From a virus (lineage: Duplodnaviria; Heunggongvirae; Uroviricota; Caudoviricetes), in IMG/VR virus record IMGVR_UViG_3300000059_000049, positions 1-7,777 of that record: 7,777 bases of DNA; one strand, 5' to 3'. The notes under the pieces are model-generated. The model had not been told where the DNA came from and searched no databases. It was given only the letters and a program-made list of their open reading frames with translations. Positions 1 to 6,255 of this stretch are shown here, piece by piece; position 1 is the stretch's first letter, and every line of letters starts with the position of its first letter. Position numbers and translations under genes: made by a program.

Positions 1-96
1 AGGGTGAACATCCTCGTTAGTTCCGGCAAGCGCACTAATAACCTCATCGGCAGCTTCAATAATTTTCTTGGCCTGTTCTCTGGTAATACTGGTCAT
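1..96 (-). CDS. hypothetical protein, 5' part only (gene runs off the left edge of the window)
   Basis: ATG at 94-96 (minus strand) opens a frame that stays open for 32 codons to the window edge (MTSITREQAKKIIEAADEVISALAGTNEDVHP...). Same orientation as the rest of the block, 10 nt after the stop of the 107..640 gene. Only a weak SD upstream; not in the ORF track because it is short and truncated. Confidence 0.3.
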   Translation of the reverse strand, partial: MTSITREQAKKIIEAADEVISALAGTNEDVHP

Positions 97-106
97 AATT
101 TATGCT

Positions 107-640
107 TTAGTTGTAGCCAATCGGATTAACAGCAACAATAACGCCATCCGCGAACAAATCTTTAATGAGGTGTTCGCTCGGCTCGCCTTTTTCGTACTCT
201 TCAATAAGGTAAGTGTCTCCATCTTCATTGATATAAACAGGAAGAATGGAACCGTTGATGAAGTAGGTTCCGTTGTTATCGAGGATTTTTGCCTCGGCGA
301 TTTGTTTTTTGGTAAAACGATCTTCTTTTGTCAAAGTTGCCATATCTGTTTCCTTATGTGGGTTAATTTTATTGTGTAGCTTCCTGAATGGGGTCCACAC
401 TATATCGATATACAGTTCAACTAACGGTTCAAATACTCTCCCCATTAGAACAGTCACTAATATTGAGGCTATTGGTATCAGCAACACAAAAAACAGAATG
501 ATAAACAGCAATTCTATTGCTCTACTCTTTCGCGGATATTCTTTTCTGAATAAAGTGGGCATTTCCTCCCCATTAAATGCGTCAATGATTTCTCCAGTGT
601 TTTGCGCTGCACCGAAATTATCTTTAAATCCTTTTTTCAT
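107..640 (-). CDS. single-pass membrane protein of unknown function (177 aa), AT-rich cargo-like gene
   Basis: ORF with ATG at 638-640 preceded by GAGGAAG 11 nt upstream. Translation has a basic stretch (RKEYPRKSR) followed by one strongly hydrophobic segment (LLFIILFFVLLIPIASILVTVLM), then a ~110-aa hydrophilic domain. The region 100-660 is visibly more AT-rich than the rest of the window. An in-frame internal ATG at 341-343 is preceded by AGGAAACAG. Confidence 0.6.
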   Translation of the reverse strand: MKKGFKDNFGAAQNTGEIIDAFNGEEMPTLFRKEYPRKSRAIELLFIILFFVLLIPIASILVTVLMGRVFEPLVELYIDIVWTPFRKLHNKINPHKETDMATLTKEDRFTKKQIAEAKILDNNGTYFINGSILPVYINEDGDTYLIEEYEKGEPSEHLIKDLFADGVIVAVNPIGYN

Positions 641-646
641 CGTTTG

Positions 647-1336
647 CTATTCTTCCTCACATCCAAGATATGAAAGAGATGTAATTGCTTTCGCACGGAA
701 ACCACCAATATTCCTAAGCGCGCTTTTAAGTTCTTCAAGGTCAGATTGTGATTTGATCATGAAACTTAACCGCGCAATTCCAGACATAGAGTCAGAACCA
801 TTCACTGCGTTGTAGTGATATATGTATCGGGTGACTGATTGAGTCACGCCCTCCTGCTGGTGGTTTATATTGGCGTCCTGTCTTGTGTTGGCCTGCTCCA
901 ACTCTTCGATACGTTCAGCCATCGCAGCACACTCTTCAAAGTTGCTTAATGCTTTTCGCTCCGATTCAGCGCATTGTTTTTCCAGTTCTGCTATGCGCTT
1001 ACCTCCATCCACGATTACTCCCTCGTAATGCTCGCGCTGCTCGTTGAGTTTTGATTTTGCCGACTCCAGTTGTTTTGTTAGTTCCGCAATTCGGCAAACA
1101 TCGTTGATACGCGTTTCCTCTAATGCGTTGATCTCATCCAGTAGTGCCAAAGCAACCTTTGGATTAAAGGCAGCAATAAATTCAGCGTTGTTTTTCAGAA
1201 CGTGTTGCGCAATGGCCTGACTACTTAGTCGGACCTCATAACCACGTGCGCCACGGTGTGGTTTATATGAGTCCCAGTCTCCCCACGTTGCTTTCACTGC
1301 CGCCTCACGCAGTGCCTGGTAATTAATTTCGCTCAC
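647..1336 (-). CDS. Ea22-like (ead/Ea22 family) coiled-coil phage protein, 229 aa
   Basis: GTG start at 1334-1336 preceded by AGGAGG (spacing 6). N-terminus MSEINYQALREAA... shared with neighbouring paralogs; central segment predicted coiled-coil from sequence ([26 protein letters not shown]). Shares a 38-nt near-identical DNA segment with the 6256..6888 gene. Confidence 0.75.
   Translation of the reverse strand: MSEINYQALREAAVKATWGDWDSYKPHRGARGYEVRLSSQAIAQHVLKNNAEFIAAFNPKVALALLDEINALEETRINDVCRIAELTKQLESAKSKLNEQREHYEGVIVDGGKRIAELEKQCAESERKALSNFEECAAMAERIEELEQANTRQDANINHQQEGVTQSVTRYIYHYNAVNGSDSMSGIARLSFMIKSQSDLEELKSALRNIGGFRAKAITSLSYLGCEEE
1023..1060. repeat. 38-nt segment shared between Ea22-like paralogs (partner at 6560..6597)
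   Basis: tcgtaatgctcgcgctgctcgttgagttttgattttgc versus tcgtaatactcgcgttgctcgttgagttttgattttgc, 2 mismatches; encodes the KSKLNEQRE(H/Y)YEG segment in both proteins. Confidence 0.7.
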
Positions 1337-1347
1337 TGGTTGCCTCC
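1323..1347. repeat. gene-junction cassette ttaatttcgctcactggttgcctcc, copy 1 (copy 2 at 1768..1792, degenerate copy near 2030..2042)
   Basis: 25-nt segment repeated with 1 mismatch at 1768..1792. On the minus strand it reads GGAGGCAACCAGTGAGC..AAATTAA, i.e. SD plus GTG start plus first codons of an Ea22-like gene, and contains the TAA stop of the upstream gene. Confidence 0.7.
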
Positions 1348-1781
1348 TTATTAATCAGTTTATACAGGTGCACCACAGTCACAGAGAGTGCATCCATCGC
1401 TCTTTTATCTAGGCACGGGGCCAGAGCAACCAGTTCATTTATTGCAATCTGAATACGCTGCTCCGCCGCCAGCGTCGCGCGATTGCTCTCCAGTTCTGCA
1501 ATTCGGCACATGGCATCAATATTTGTGTCTTCCAGGCGCTTAATTTCGCCCAGGAGTGCCAGCGCAACTTTTGGTGGGATAGCCGCGATATAACGGGCAT
1601 TAGCACCAGCATTCCTTTGTCCATCAATGCCAGGCCAGTCAATAAAGTATCCGCAATGCCTACCCTCAGACGTGCGCGCAGGATAAATGCCGTTATGACC
1701 CGGCAAAATATATGCTACCCATTCATCTTGCGTTGCCTGTTCCGCCGCCTCGCGCAGTTCTTGATAGTTAATTTTGCTCAC
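1323..1781 (-). CDS. Ea22-like (ead/Ea22 family) phage protein, 152 aa
   Basis: GTG start at 1779-1781 preceded by GGAGG in the same junction cassette as the gene at 1336. N-terminus MSKINYQELREAAEQAT; PKVALALLGEI...CRIAEL segment paralogous to the 647..1336 product. Overlaps the downstream gene by 14 nt. Confidence 0.75.
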   Translation of the reverse strand: MSKINYQELREAAEQATQDEWVAYILPGHNGIYPARTSEGRHCGYFIDWPGIDGQRNAGANARYIAAIPPKVALALLGEIKRLEDTNIDAMCRIAELESNRATLAAEQRIQIAINELVALAPCLDKRAMDALSVTVVHLYKLINKEATSERN

Positions 1782-1792
1782 TGGTTGCCTCC
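1768..1792. repeat. gene-junction cassette, copy 2
   Basis: ttaattttgctcactggttgcctcc, 24 of 25 identical to 1323..1347. Confidence 0.7.
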
Positions 1793-2034
1793 GCTTCCCA
1801 CGTTTTCAGACTTTCACCACAGAACGGGCAAAATGAAACTCGAATAGGCGATTTAGAAAATTCACCAGACCGCAGCATGATCAGGTCTTGTGAATGAATT
1901 AATGCATGGTTATAGATTTTGTATTTCAGCAGACCTTTTCGCGTCGTGTATTCAGCGTCATGCTCCAGGGATTGTGCCAACGCCGCGCACGGTTCTATCT
2001 TGTTGCCATTAATTTGGCATTTTGACTCACTCAC
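1768..2034 (-). CDS. small diverged Ea22-like N-terminal paralog, 88 aa, with C-terminal CPFCG motif
   Basis: GTG start at 2032-2034 preceded by AGGGGG. The 5' coding DNA (gtgagtgagtcaaaatgccaaattaatggc...) is a degenerate copy of the gtgagcaaaattaactatcaa... start of the two downstream paralogs; KINGNKIEPCAALAQS aligns with KINYQELREAAEQATQ. Confidence 0.55.
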   Translation of the reverse strand: MSESKCQINGNKIEPCAALAQSLEHDAEYTTRKGLLKYKIYNHALIHSQDLIMLRSGEFSKSPIRVSFCPFCGESLKTWEAEATSEQN

Positions 2035-2635
2035 TGGTTGCCCCCTGAATACGCTTAAACTCTATTACCCATACCCATGGATTAGCATTCCAGCTTTCTT
2101 CGCTATAAATTGATTTCCATAGACTTGTGAAGGTGTCTTTTGCATAAACCACCAGCTCTGTTGCCAGCCCCATCTTGTTTGGCTTTCCATCAGACCAACG
2201 GACACCTTCAGAGCGTGCATCTTTTTCACTGATGTCGTTCAGCCGTTCCACACGCACATCGGTAATTTCCAGAAGAATGCGTGATGCCCAGCGCGGCATG
2301 TGAATTGATGGCGTCCACTTTTCTGATACAGGTTTATTACAAACCTCGACCGGAACCCGGTGCGTTTGTTCTGTCCAGGAGTTACGCACGCTTGCGCGAT
2401 AAACCAGCGTTGCGACGTCCGTCGCTTTGCCATGCACACGGTAAGTTTCACGAACCCAAATACGATCGCCCGGTTGACCATATGGACAATGCTTGGCAAG
2501 CGACTCTGCGGCCACTGCCCGTCCATAGAATTTTTCTTCAACAATTCTGCGAGTCTGTGTTTTATTCCCGCCAAGAATTGCCCGGACCATTTCATCGTTA
2601 AAAATCATCCCGCGTTCTTTCATTTTTTGATCCAC
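2027..2635 (-). CDS. hypothetical phage protein, possibly ASCH/PUA-like fold (202 aa as drawn)
   Basis: ORF 4 nt after the stop of the upstream gene. Start is uncertain: GTG at 2633-2635, or ATG at 2621-2623 or 2606-2608. N-terminal MVRAILGGNKTQTRR resembles the ASCH GxKxxExR signature; this is motif-level resemblance only. Confidence 0.65.
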   Translation of the reverse strand: MDQKMKERGMIFNDEMVRAILGGNKTQTRRIVEEKFYGRAVAAESLAKHCPYGQPGDRIWVRETYRVHGKATDVATLVYRASVRNSWTEQTHRVPVEVCNKPVSEKWTPSIHMPRWASRILLEITDVRVERLNDISEKDARSEGVRWSDGKPNKMGLATELVVYAKDTFTSLWKSIYSEESWNANPWVWVIEFKRIQGATSE

Positions 2636-2639
2636 TCCA

Positions 2640-3635
2640 TCAGTTATTGAACGTGATCACTCCGCGCTCGATGGCGAAGTCGAAAAGCTGGTTAGCGGCT
2701 ACGTAAAGGCGTATGCCATGTGCTTTTTCCCATGCCCGGACATCGTTTTCTGCGCTTCTGGCGCATTCATCGCAAAGAGGAACGGCCCAGCGATCGTGTT
2801 CGTTTAACGAGCGGGCGCGGTACATGAACGGGTGATTAACTTTGCCACCGCATCCGATGCACGGACGAGAAATCACAAACCGGAGATAAGCCGGGCTTTT
2901 ACCGAGAACCGCTTTTGGTCGGCGCATATACAGCAGGCCGGAATCCTCATCTACAGACAGGTTGACGATCTGCTCTGCGGTTATGTCCACCAGCTCACGG
3001 GTGCTGTGCTCCCAGGTGATATCCGATTCTTTCAGTGTGCCGGTAGGGATTTCCTGTTTTGGCTGACAAAATGCAATGCGACCGGCTTCATCTGGCAGCT
3101 CGTCTTTCAGATTCCGGCGAATGGCCCAAAAAGTGAGTTCAACCATGCTCAGATCGCGTTCTGGCGGTAGTTTTAACTCGCTCGCAGCCCAGTTCATAAC
3201 CCAGTTGGCACGATTCAGGGATAACTGGTCGTCCAGCTTGCCGTACCCCTTCATCATGTATTCCGCATCATGCTTCCAGCACAGGCGAACGGCAGAGCCG
3301 TTATAGAAATGAGTGGTTAGCTGGTGGCTGCAATCGCGCTTATCGTGCGCCTGGCAATCGTGGATATTGGAACTTACCCAATGAACAAGCGAATCTTCAC
3401 CGCCCAACGCGTTAAATACGCGCTCGCTTTGAAAAAACGGTTTCAGAGACTGGTTGGCAACCAGCGAATAATTCAGATCCACTACGCCATCTGGCGTGTT
3501 TTCAGCCTGTTCACGCGGAAGTGGAGAGATAATGAAACGGCGACCTGCGCCAATGTAGTTACTGGTGGGCTTGTCTACCGGAAAGACAGCCACACCAGCT
3601 CCGTTTACGAAATGAGGTGTGATTATTGCACTCAT
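2640..3635 (-). CDS. phage protein with C-terminal HNH-like Cys/His zinc-binding cluster (possibly DUF968-type), 331 aa
   Basis: ATG at 3633-3635, first gene after the only intergenic gap. The C-terminal cluster, encoded at roughly 2700-2870, is PCIGCGG...NHPF...NEHDRW...PLCDEC...KAHG (CxxC, H, N/H, CxxC, H), typical of HNH/His-Me finger modules. The large N-terminal region is unassigned. Confidence 0.8.
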   Translation of the reverse strand: MSAIITPHFVNGAGVAVFPVDKPTSNYIGAGRRFIISPLPREQAENTPDGVVDLNYSLVANQSLKPFFQSERVFNALGGEDSLVHWVSSNIHDCQAHDKRDCSHQLTTHFYNGSAVRLCWKHDAEYMMKGYGKLDDQLSLNRANWVMNWAASELKLPPERDLSMVELTFWAIRRNLKDELPDEAGRIAFCQPKQEIPTGTLKESDITWEHSTRELVDITAEQIVNLSVDEDSGLLYMRRPKAVLGKSPAYLRFVISRPCIGCGGKVNHPFMYRARSLNEHDRWAVPLCDECARSAENDVRAWEKAHGIRLYVAANQLFDFAIERGVITFNN

Positions 3636-3739
3636 AATGTATACCGACTCTGTTTTGTTCCGAGCGGTAAAATAATATGTTAGAAAATTAAAATCAATAT
3701 TCTAACATCATTTTGAGTGCATAAACGATGTGTTCAGGA
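3636..3739 (-). promoter_or_regulatory. intergenic region with candidate promoter (TTGATT, ~17 bp, TATTTT on minus strand) for the 3635 gene
   Basis: Only gap over 10 nt in the whole gene block; AT-rich. The minus-strand sequence ...tattgattttaattttctaacatattattttaccg... contains -35-like and -10-like hexamers at plausible spacing, overlapping the inverted repeat at 3677..3708. Predicted by eye only. Confidence 0.3.
3677..3708. promoter_or_regulatory. perfect 9-bp inverted repeat ATGTTAGAA-N14-TTCTAACAT (candidate operator)
   Basis: Read directly: 3677-3685 ATGTTAGAA and 3700-3708 TTCTAACAT are exact reverse complements, separated by 14 nt. It lies between the phosphatase stop (3740) and the start of the next gene (3635). 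Confidence 0.45.
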
Positions 3740-4426
3740 TTACAACTGCCCTCCCTTCACCTGCTTTAGCGTCAGATTCCCGCAAAAAACCGCGCCAGTG
3801 TCTATGTAGTGCTGGTTCCAGAAAGATTTCGGGCTGTTTACTGGCGTATGCCCGAAAATAAAGCTATCTGCACCAGTGATTATTCCACCAACACCATCAA
3901 CCGCGTCATAAAATCGCTCACGCCGCCAGGTAACATTGAGATCGCTAACAGGTTTACCAAACTGGTATTCGTTATCAGGATAGTCGGCATGGGCTATAAC
4001 GATAGTTTCATGCCCGGTGTTCAGCTCAATGATATAGGGCAAACGTCTTACCAGCTCCACCAGCGCCCTGGCTAATATTTCCCGATCAGCGTCCAGCATG
4101 AAGAACCATTGACCACCATTCATTAGCCAGTTATTCACGTTGCCTGCGGGACTTAACGCATCGATCATTAATCGCTCGTGGTTTCCCATAACCGACCGAA
4201 ACCAGGGCATCTGCAATAGCTCCAGGCATTCAACATTTTCGGTGCCGCGATCGATAAGGTCGCCAACCGATATCAGTAAATCCTGTGTAGGGTCAAAATC
4301 CACACGATGGAGTTCATTCATAAGTAGGGTGTAGCAACCGTGCAAATCACCAACAACCCATATGTTTCTGTAGCCTGAACCATCAATACGGCTATATAAA
4401 TTCACTTCATGCAGCACCTGGGTCAT
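3740..4426 (-). CDS. serine/threonine protein phosphatase, lambda PPase (ORF221/NinI) / PrpA-PrpB family, 228 aa
   Basis: ATG at 4424-4426 overlaps the upstream stop (ATGA). Translation carries the calcineurin-like phosphoesterase motifs GDLHG, GDLIDRG, GNHE and, near the C-terminus, GHTP, and aligns along its length with my recollection of lambda phosphatase ([12 protein letters not shown]..., [34 protein letters not shown]). The longer TTG-initiated form from 4456 is rejected. Confidence 0.9.
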   Translation of the reverse strand: MTQVLHEVNLYSRIDGSGYRNIWVVGDLHGCYTLLMNELHRVDFDPTQDLLISVGDLIDRGTENVECLELLQMPWFRSVMGNHERLMIDALSPAGNVNNWLMNGGQWFFMLDADREILARALVELVRRLPYIIELNTGHETIVIAHADYPDNEYQFGKPVSDLNVTWRRERFYDAVDGVGGIITGADSFIFGHTPVNSPKSFWNQHYIDTGAVFCGNLTLKQVKGGQL

Positions 4427-4734
4427 GCGGCAACCTTCTCCCGCAGCCAGATACAAACCGGACCATCTTCAGTGTCATGAATAGAGCCAACAAACCAGCC
4501 TTCGCCCTCTGGTCGCTCCGGTTCCCAGGCGGCAATATCGGGACCATCTGCGTCCAGATTAAAATCATCTTCATCCATAGTTTGGATGGTCCACTGAAGA
4601 TTATTTGCCTTCAACCATGCGTCAAATTCTTCCGTTGAAATATATTCACGCCCTGCACAAAACTTTTCATACTCCGGATGTGTCCAGCAGCCATATTCAT
4701 CACGTTCTACCGGCATTTCTTTAATGATGCTCAC
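4423..4734 (-). CDS. hypothetical acidic phage protein, 103 aa
   Basis: GTG start at 4732-4734 with GGAGGA 8 nt upstream, overlapping the upstream stop (GTGA). Acidic, Trp-rich sequence ([22 protein letters not shown]...). A DUF551-like C-terminus is possible but not established. Confidence 0.65.
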   Translation of the reverse strand: MSIIKEMPVERDEYGCWTHPEYEKFCAGREYISTEEFDAWLKANNLQWTIQTMDEDDFNLDADGPDIAAWEPERPEGEGWFVGSIHDTEDGPVCIWLREKVAA

Positions 4735-4955
4735 TCTTCATCCTCCAAGTCGGCAACGGCCTCCATCACATCAGAACCGCGAATAACCTCAAAAGCACGG
4801 CAGGCCATTTCAAACACCTGTTGTTCTTGCGGATGCGGTGACTCCCAATACTTAAAACCAGGTCGATGCTCGTAACCCATCATGGAATAAAAATCGCCAG
4901 CAAGTTCAATCGCGGCATCAACAAGTTCGCGATTTGTCATCGTCTGTTCTGTCAT
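4731..4955 (-). CDS. hypothetical small acidic protein, 74 aa
   Basis: ATG at 4953-4955 overlaps the upstream stop (ATGA); AGGAAA upstream. Alternative in-frame ATG at 4938-4940. Acidic C-terminus (DLEDEE). Confidence 0.6.
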   Translation of the reverse strand: MTEQTMTNRELVDAAIELAGDFYSMMGYEHRPGFKYWESPHPQEQQVFEMACRAFEVIRGSDVMEAVADLEDEE

Positions 4956-5227
4956 TTTGTTTTTTCCTGTCTGAACATCACTATCATCAGGTCGCCTTTT
5001 GTCGCTATCCTCGCTGTTGTGCCTGGTTCAATGCTGCCAAGTTCAAATGCGTCATAGAACGCTTCTAATGCCTTCTGGCGTAGTTCCTGTTTGCGCCGTT
5101 TTTTCCACTGTTTCAGGAAAATGGAACCCAGCCATCGCCATGTACGGGACATGATGTAAAGCCAACCGAGAAGTGCCAGACCGGAATTTAGGAGCGTATC
5201 GATCGTTATTGTCGTGTCGATATTCAC
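4952..5227 (-). CDS. small membrane protein, 91 aa, one hydrophobic segment followed by a highly basic stretch
   Basis: GTG at 5225-5227 overlaps the upstream stop (GTGA), with strong SD AAGGAGG 7 nt upstream. Hydrophobic segment LLNSGLALLGWLYIM followed by KQWKKRRKQELRQK. Confidence 0.6.
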   Translation of the reverse strand: MNIDTTITIDTLLNSGLALLGWLYIMSRTWRWLGSIFLKQWKKRRKQELRQKALEAFYDAFELGSIEPGTTARIATKGDLMIVMFRQEKTK

Positions 5228-5934
5228 TGGCTGCCTCCTTTGCGAAGCTGTTCAGCAATACTTACGCATATCTCTGCGCCTCTAATCAGCCCCGGAACAT
5301 TCTTGTTTGGACCAACTTCACCATCGACAAAATCAATCATCGCGTTACGAGCCATATCCACGCCCTGCGCACGTACTTCAGCCAGGAAAGCATCGGTGGC
5401 TGGGGTGTCAACACGGATACTGTCGCGCAAGATGAAAAATGCATTGAGCATTCCAGTCTCTGGCACTTCATCCTGATGCTTCTCATACGCATCAAGAGCC
5501 TTCATCATCTCAGCTCCGAATGGTTGAGGGTGCACAGACTTCAGCTCCGCATTCTCCGCCGCCAGCACCGCGCGTTCGCTCTCCAGTTCTGTAATGCGCC
5601 GTCTTGCAGCATCCAGTTCAATCGACAATTTTTCCAACTGCTCTTTATGCTTCTTGTATTCCTGATATGCGTGCCAAGACTGACCTTTGCGCACACTATC
5701 CGTGATATCAGTAATCTGTTCTGGTGTTAGCGCGGTCAGTGCCTGTGCTGGGAAAATCAGCACTTTCCCGGAATCCCAATCAAAACCAGCGTGAATTGAC
5801 TGAACCTCAACTGAAGGTGTTGAACCAATGCTGCCAGGCGAATGAACAACGATCGTTACATCCATATCGCGACGATGGCTGTGGTTGTTGGACAAAATAC
5901 GATTCACCAACTCAGAAAATTTGGAAAATTTCAT
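5224..5934 (-). CDS. Ea22-like mosaic coiled-coil phage protein, 236 aa
   Basis: ATG at 5932-5934 overlaps the upstream stop (ATGA), AAGGGA upstream; the GTG-extended form from 5985 is rejected. Central segment predicted coiled-coil ([33 protein letters not shown]). C-terminal part paralogous to the 7115..7618 product ([12 protein letters not shown]; two near-identical DNA segments). Confidence 0.75.
   Translation of the reverse strand: MKFSKFSELVNRILSNNHSHRRDMDVTIVVHSPGSIGSTPSVEVQSIHAGFDWDSGKVLIFPAQALTALTPEQITDITDSVRKGQSWHAYQEYKKHKEQLEKLSIELDAARRRITELESERAVLAAENAELKSVHPQPFGAEMMKALDAYEKHQDEVPETGMLNAFFILRDSIRVDTPATDAFLAEVRAQGVDMARNAMIDFVDGEVGPNKNVPGLIRGAEICVSIAEQLRKGGSQ
5369..5403. repeat. 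35-nt segment shared between paralogs (partner at 7347..7381)
   Basis: gcacgtacttcagccaggaaagcatcggtggctgg versus gcacgtatttcagccaggaaagcgtcggtggctgg, 2 mismatches; encodes PATDAFLAE(V/I)RA. A second shared segment lies at 5549..5574 and 7509..7534 (26 nt, 1 mismatch). Confidence 0.7.
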
Positions 5935-6254
5935 GCTGATTCCCTTTGCTCTTCCTGGATAATGTTGTTGCAATCTTTCACGCACTCGTTGCAGATGAAA
6001 ACGTTGTCCCCGGCAATTAACTTTTTAACGGTGTGCTGGGATTTGTTGCAGAAGCTGCAATAAAGCGTTGGACTGGCTGATACGGATGGTGCGCCAGATG
6101 TCAGCCGCGCGATGTCGTTCTTGCGACGCAATATCACACGGCTGCACTCGACCAGCATCTCCGGGGATATATCCTCCTCCGTGGCGAGCGCCTCCAGACG
6201 TTCGAGCAAGCGAAATACTTTTTCCTGGGTGATTGCAGAATGCGATGTGGTCAT
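5931..6254 (-). CDS. small phage protein with C-terminal ClpX-type C4 zinc-finger (ClpX zinc-binding-domain-like), 107 aa
   Basis: ATG at 6252-6254 with AAGGAG 6 nt upstream, 1 nt after the upstream stop. C-terminal [39 protein letters not shown] (encoded at roughly 5950-6070) matches, from memory, the E. coli ClpX N-terminal zinc-binding domain [40 protein letters not shown], including all four Cys. The N-terminal ~60 aa are unrelated; the AAA+ module is absent. Confidence 0.75.
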   Translation of the reverse strand: MTTSHSAITQEKVFRLLERLEALATEEDISPEMLVECSRVILRRKNDIARLTSGAPSVSASPTLYCSFCNKSQHTVKKLIAGDNVFICNECVKDCNNIIQEEQRESA

Positions 6255-6255
6255 C

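Noticed and set aside
68-815. Plus-strand ORFs 68..379 (103 aa) and 273..815 (180 aa)
   Set aside because: They lie antisense to the well-supported minus-strand genes 107..640 and 647..1336, have low-complexity translations, no convincing SD, and a TTG start in one case. They look like shadow ORFs.
1439-2595. Nested minus-strand ORFs 1439..1642 (67 aa) and 2239..2595 (118 aa)
   Set aside because: They are in alternative frames entirely inside the longer, better-supported genes 1323..1781 and 2027..2635. They have no SD and Arg/Trp-rich junk-like translations.
3677-3708. Inverted repeat read as a rho-independent terminator after the phosphatase gene
   Set aside because: The stem is only 9 bp and almost entirely A/T (two G/C pairs), with a 14-nt loop. 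That is too weak for a typical intrinsic terminator, so an operator reading is preferred, though mild attenuation is not excluded.
3740-4456. Longer N-terminal extensions from the ORF track (phosphatase from 4456, 5985 instead of 5934, 6335 instead of 6254, 6912 instead of 6888, 7151 instead of 7118)
   Set aside because: Those at 4456, 5985 and 6335 begin at TTG or GTG; those at 6912 and 7151 begin at ATG but lie inside the preceding gene. None of the five has a Shine-Dalgarno, whereas the internal ATGs I chose each have an SD and the recurring 4-nt start/stop overlap.
5173-5730. Plus-strand 185-aa ORF, with similar plus-strand ORFs at 6112..6591, 2281..2650, 2832..3306, 3324..3683 and 6831..7322
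   Set aside because: All are fully embedded antisense to minus-strand genes that carry recognisable domains and coupled starts. Their translations are Ser/Arg/Leu-rich, as expected for the reverse strand of coding sequence. There is no independent support.
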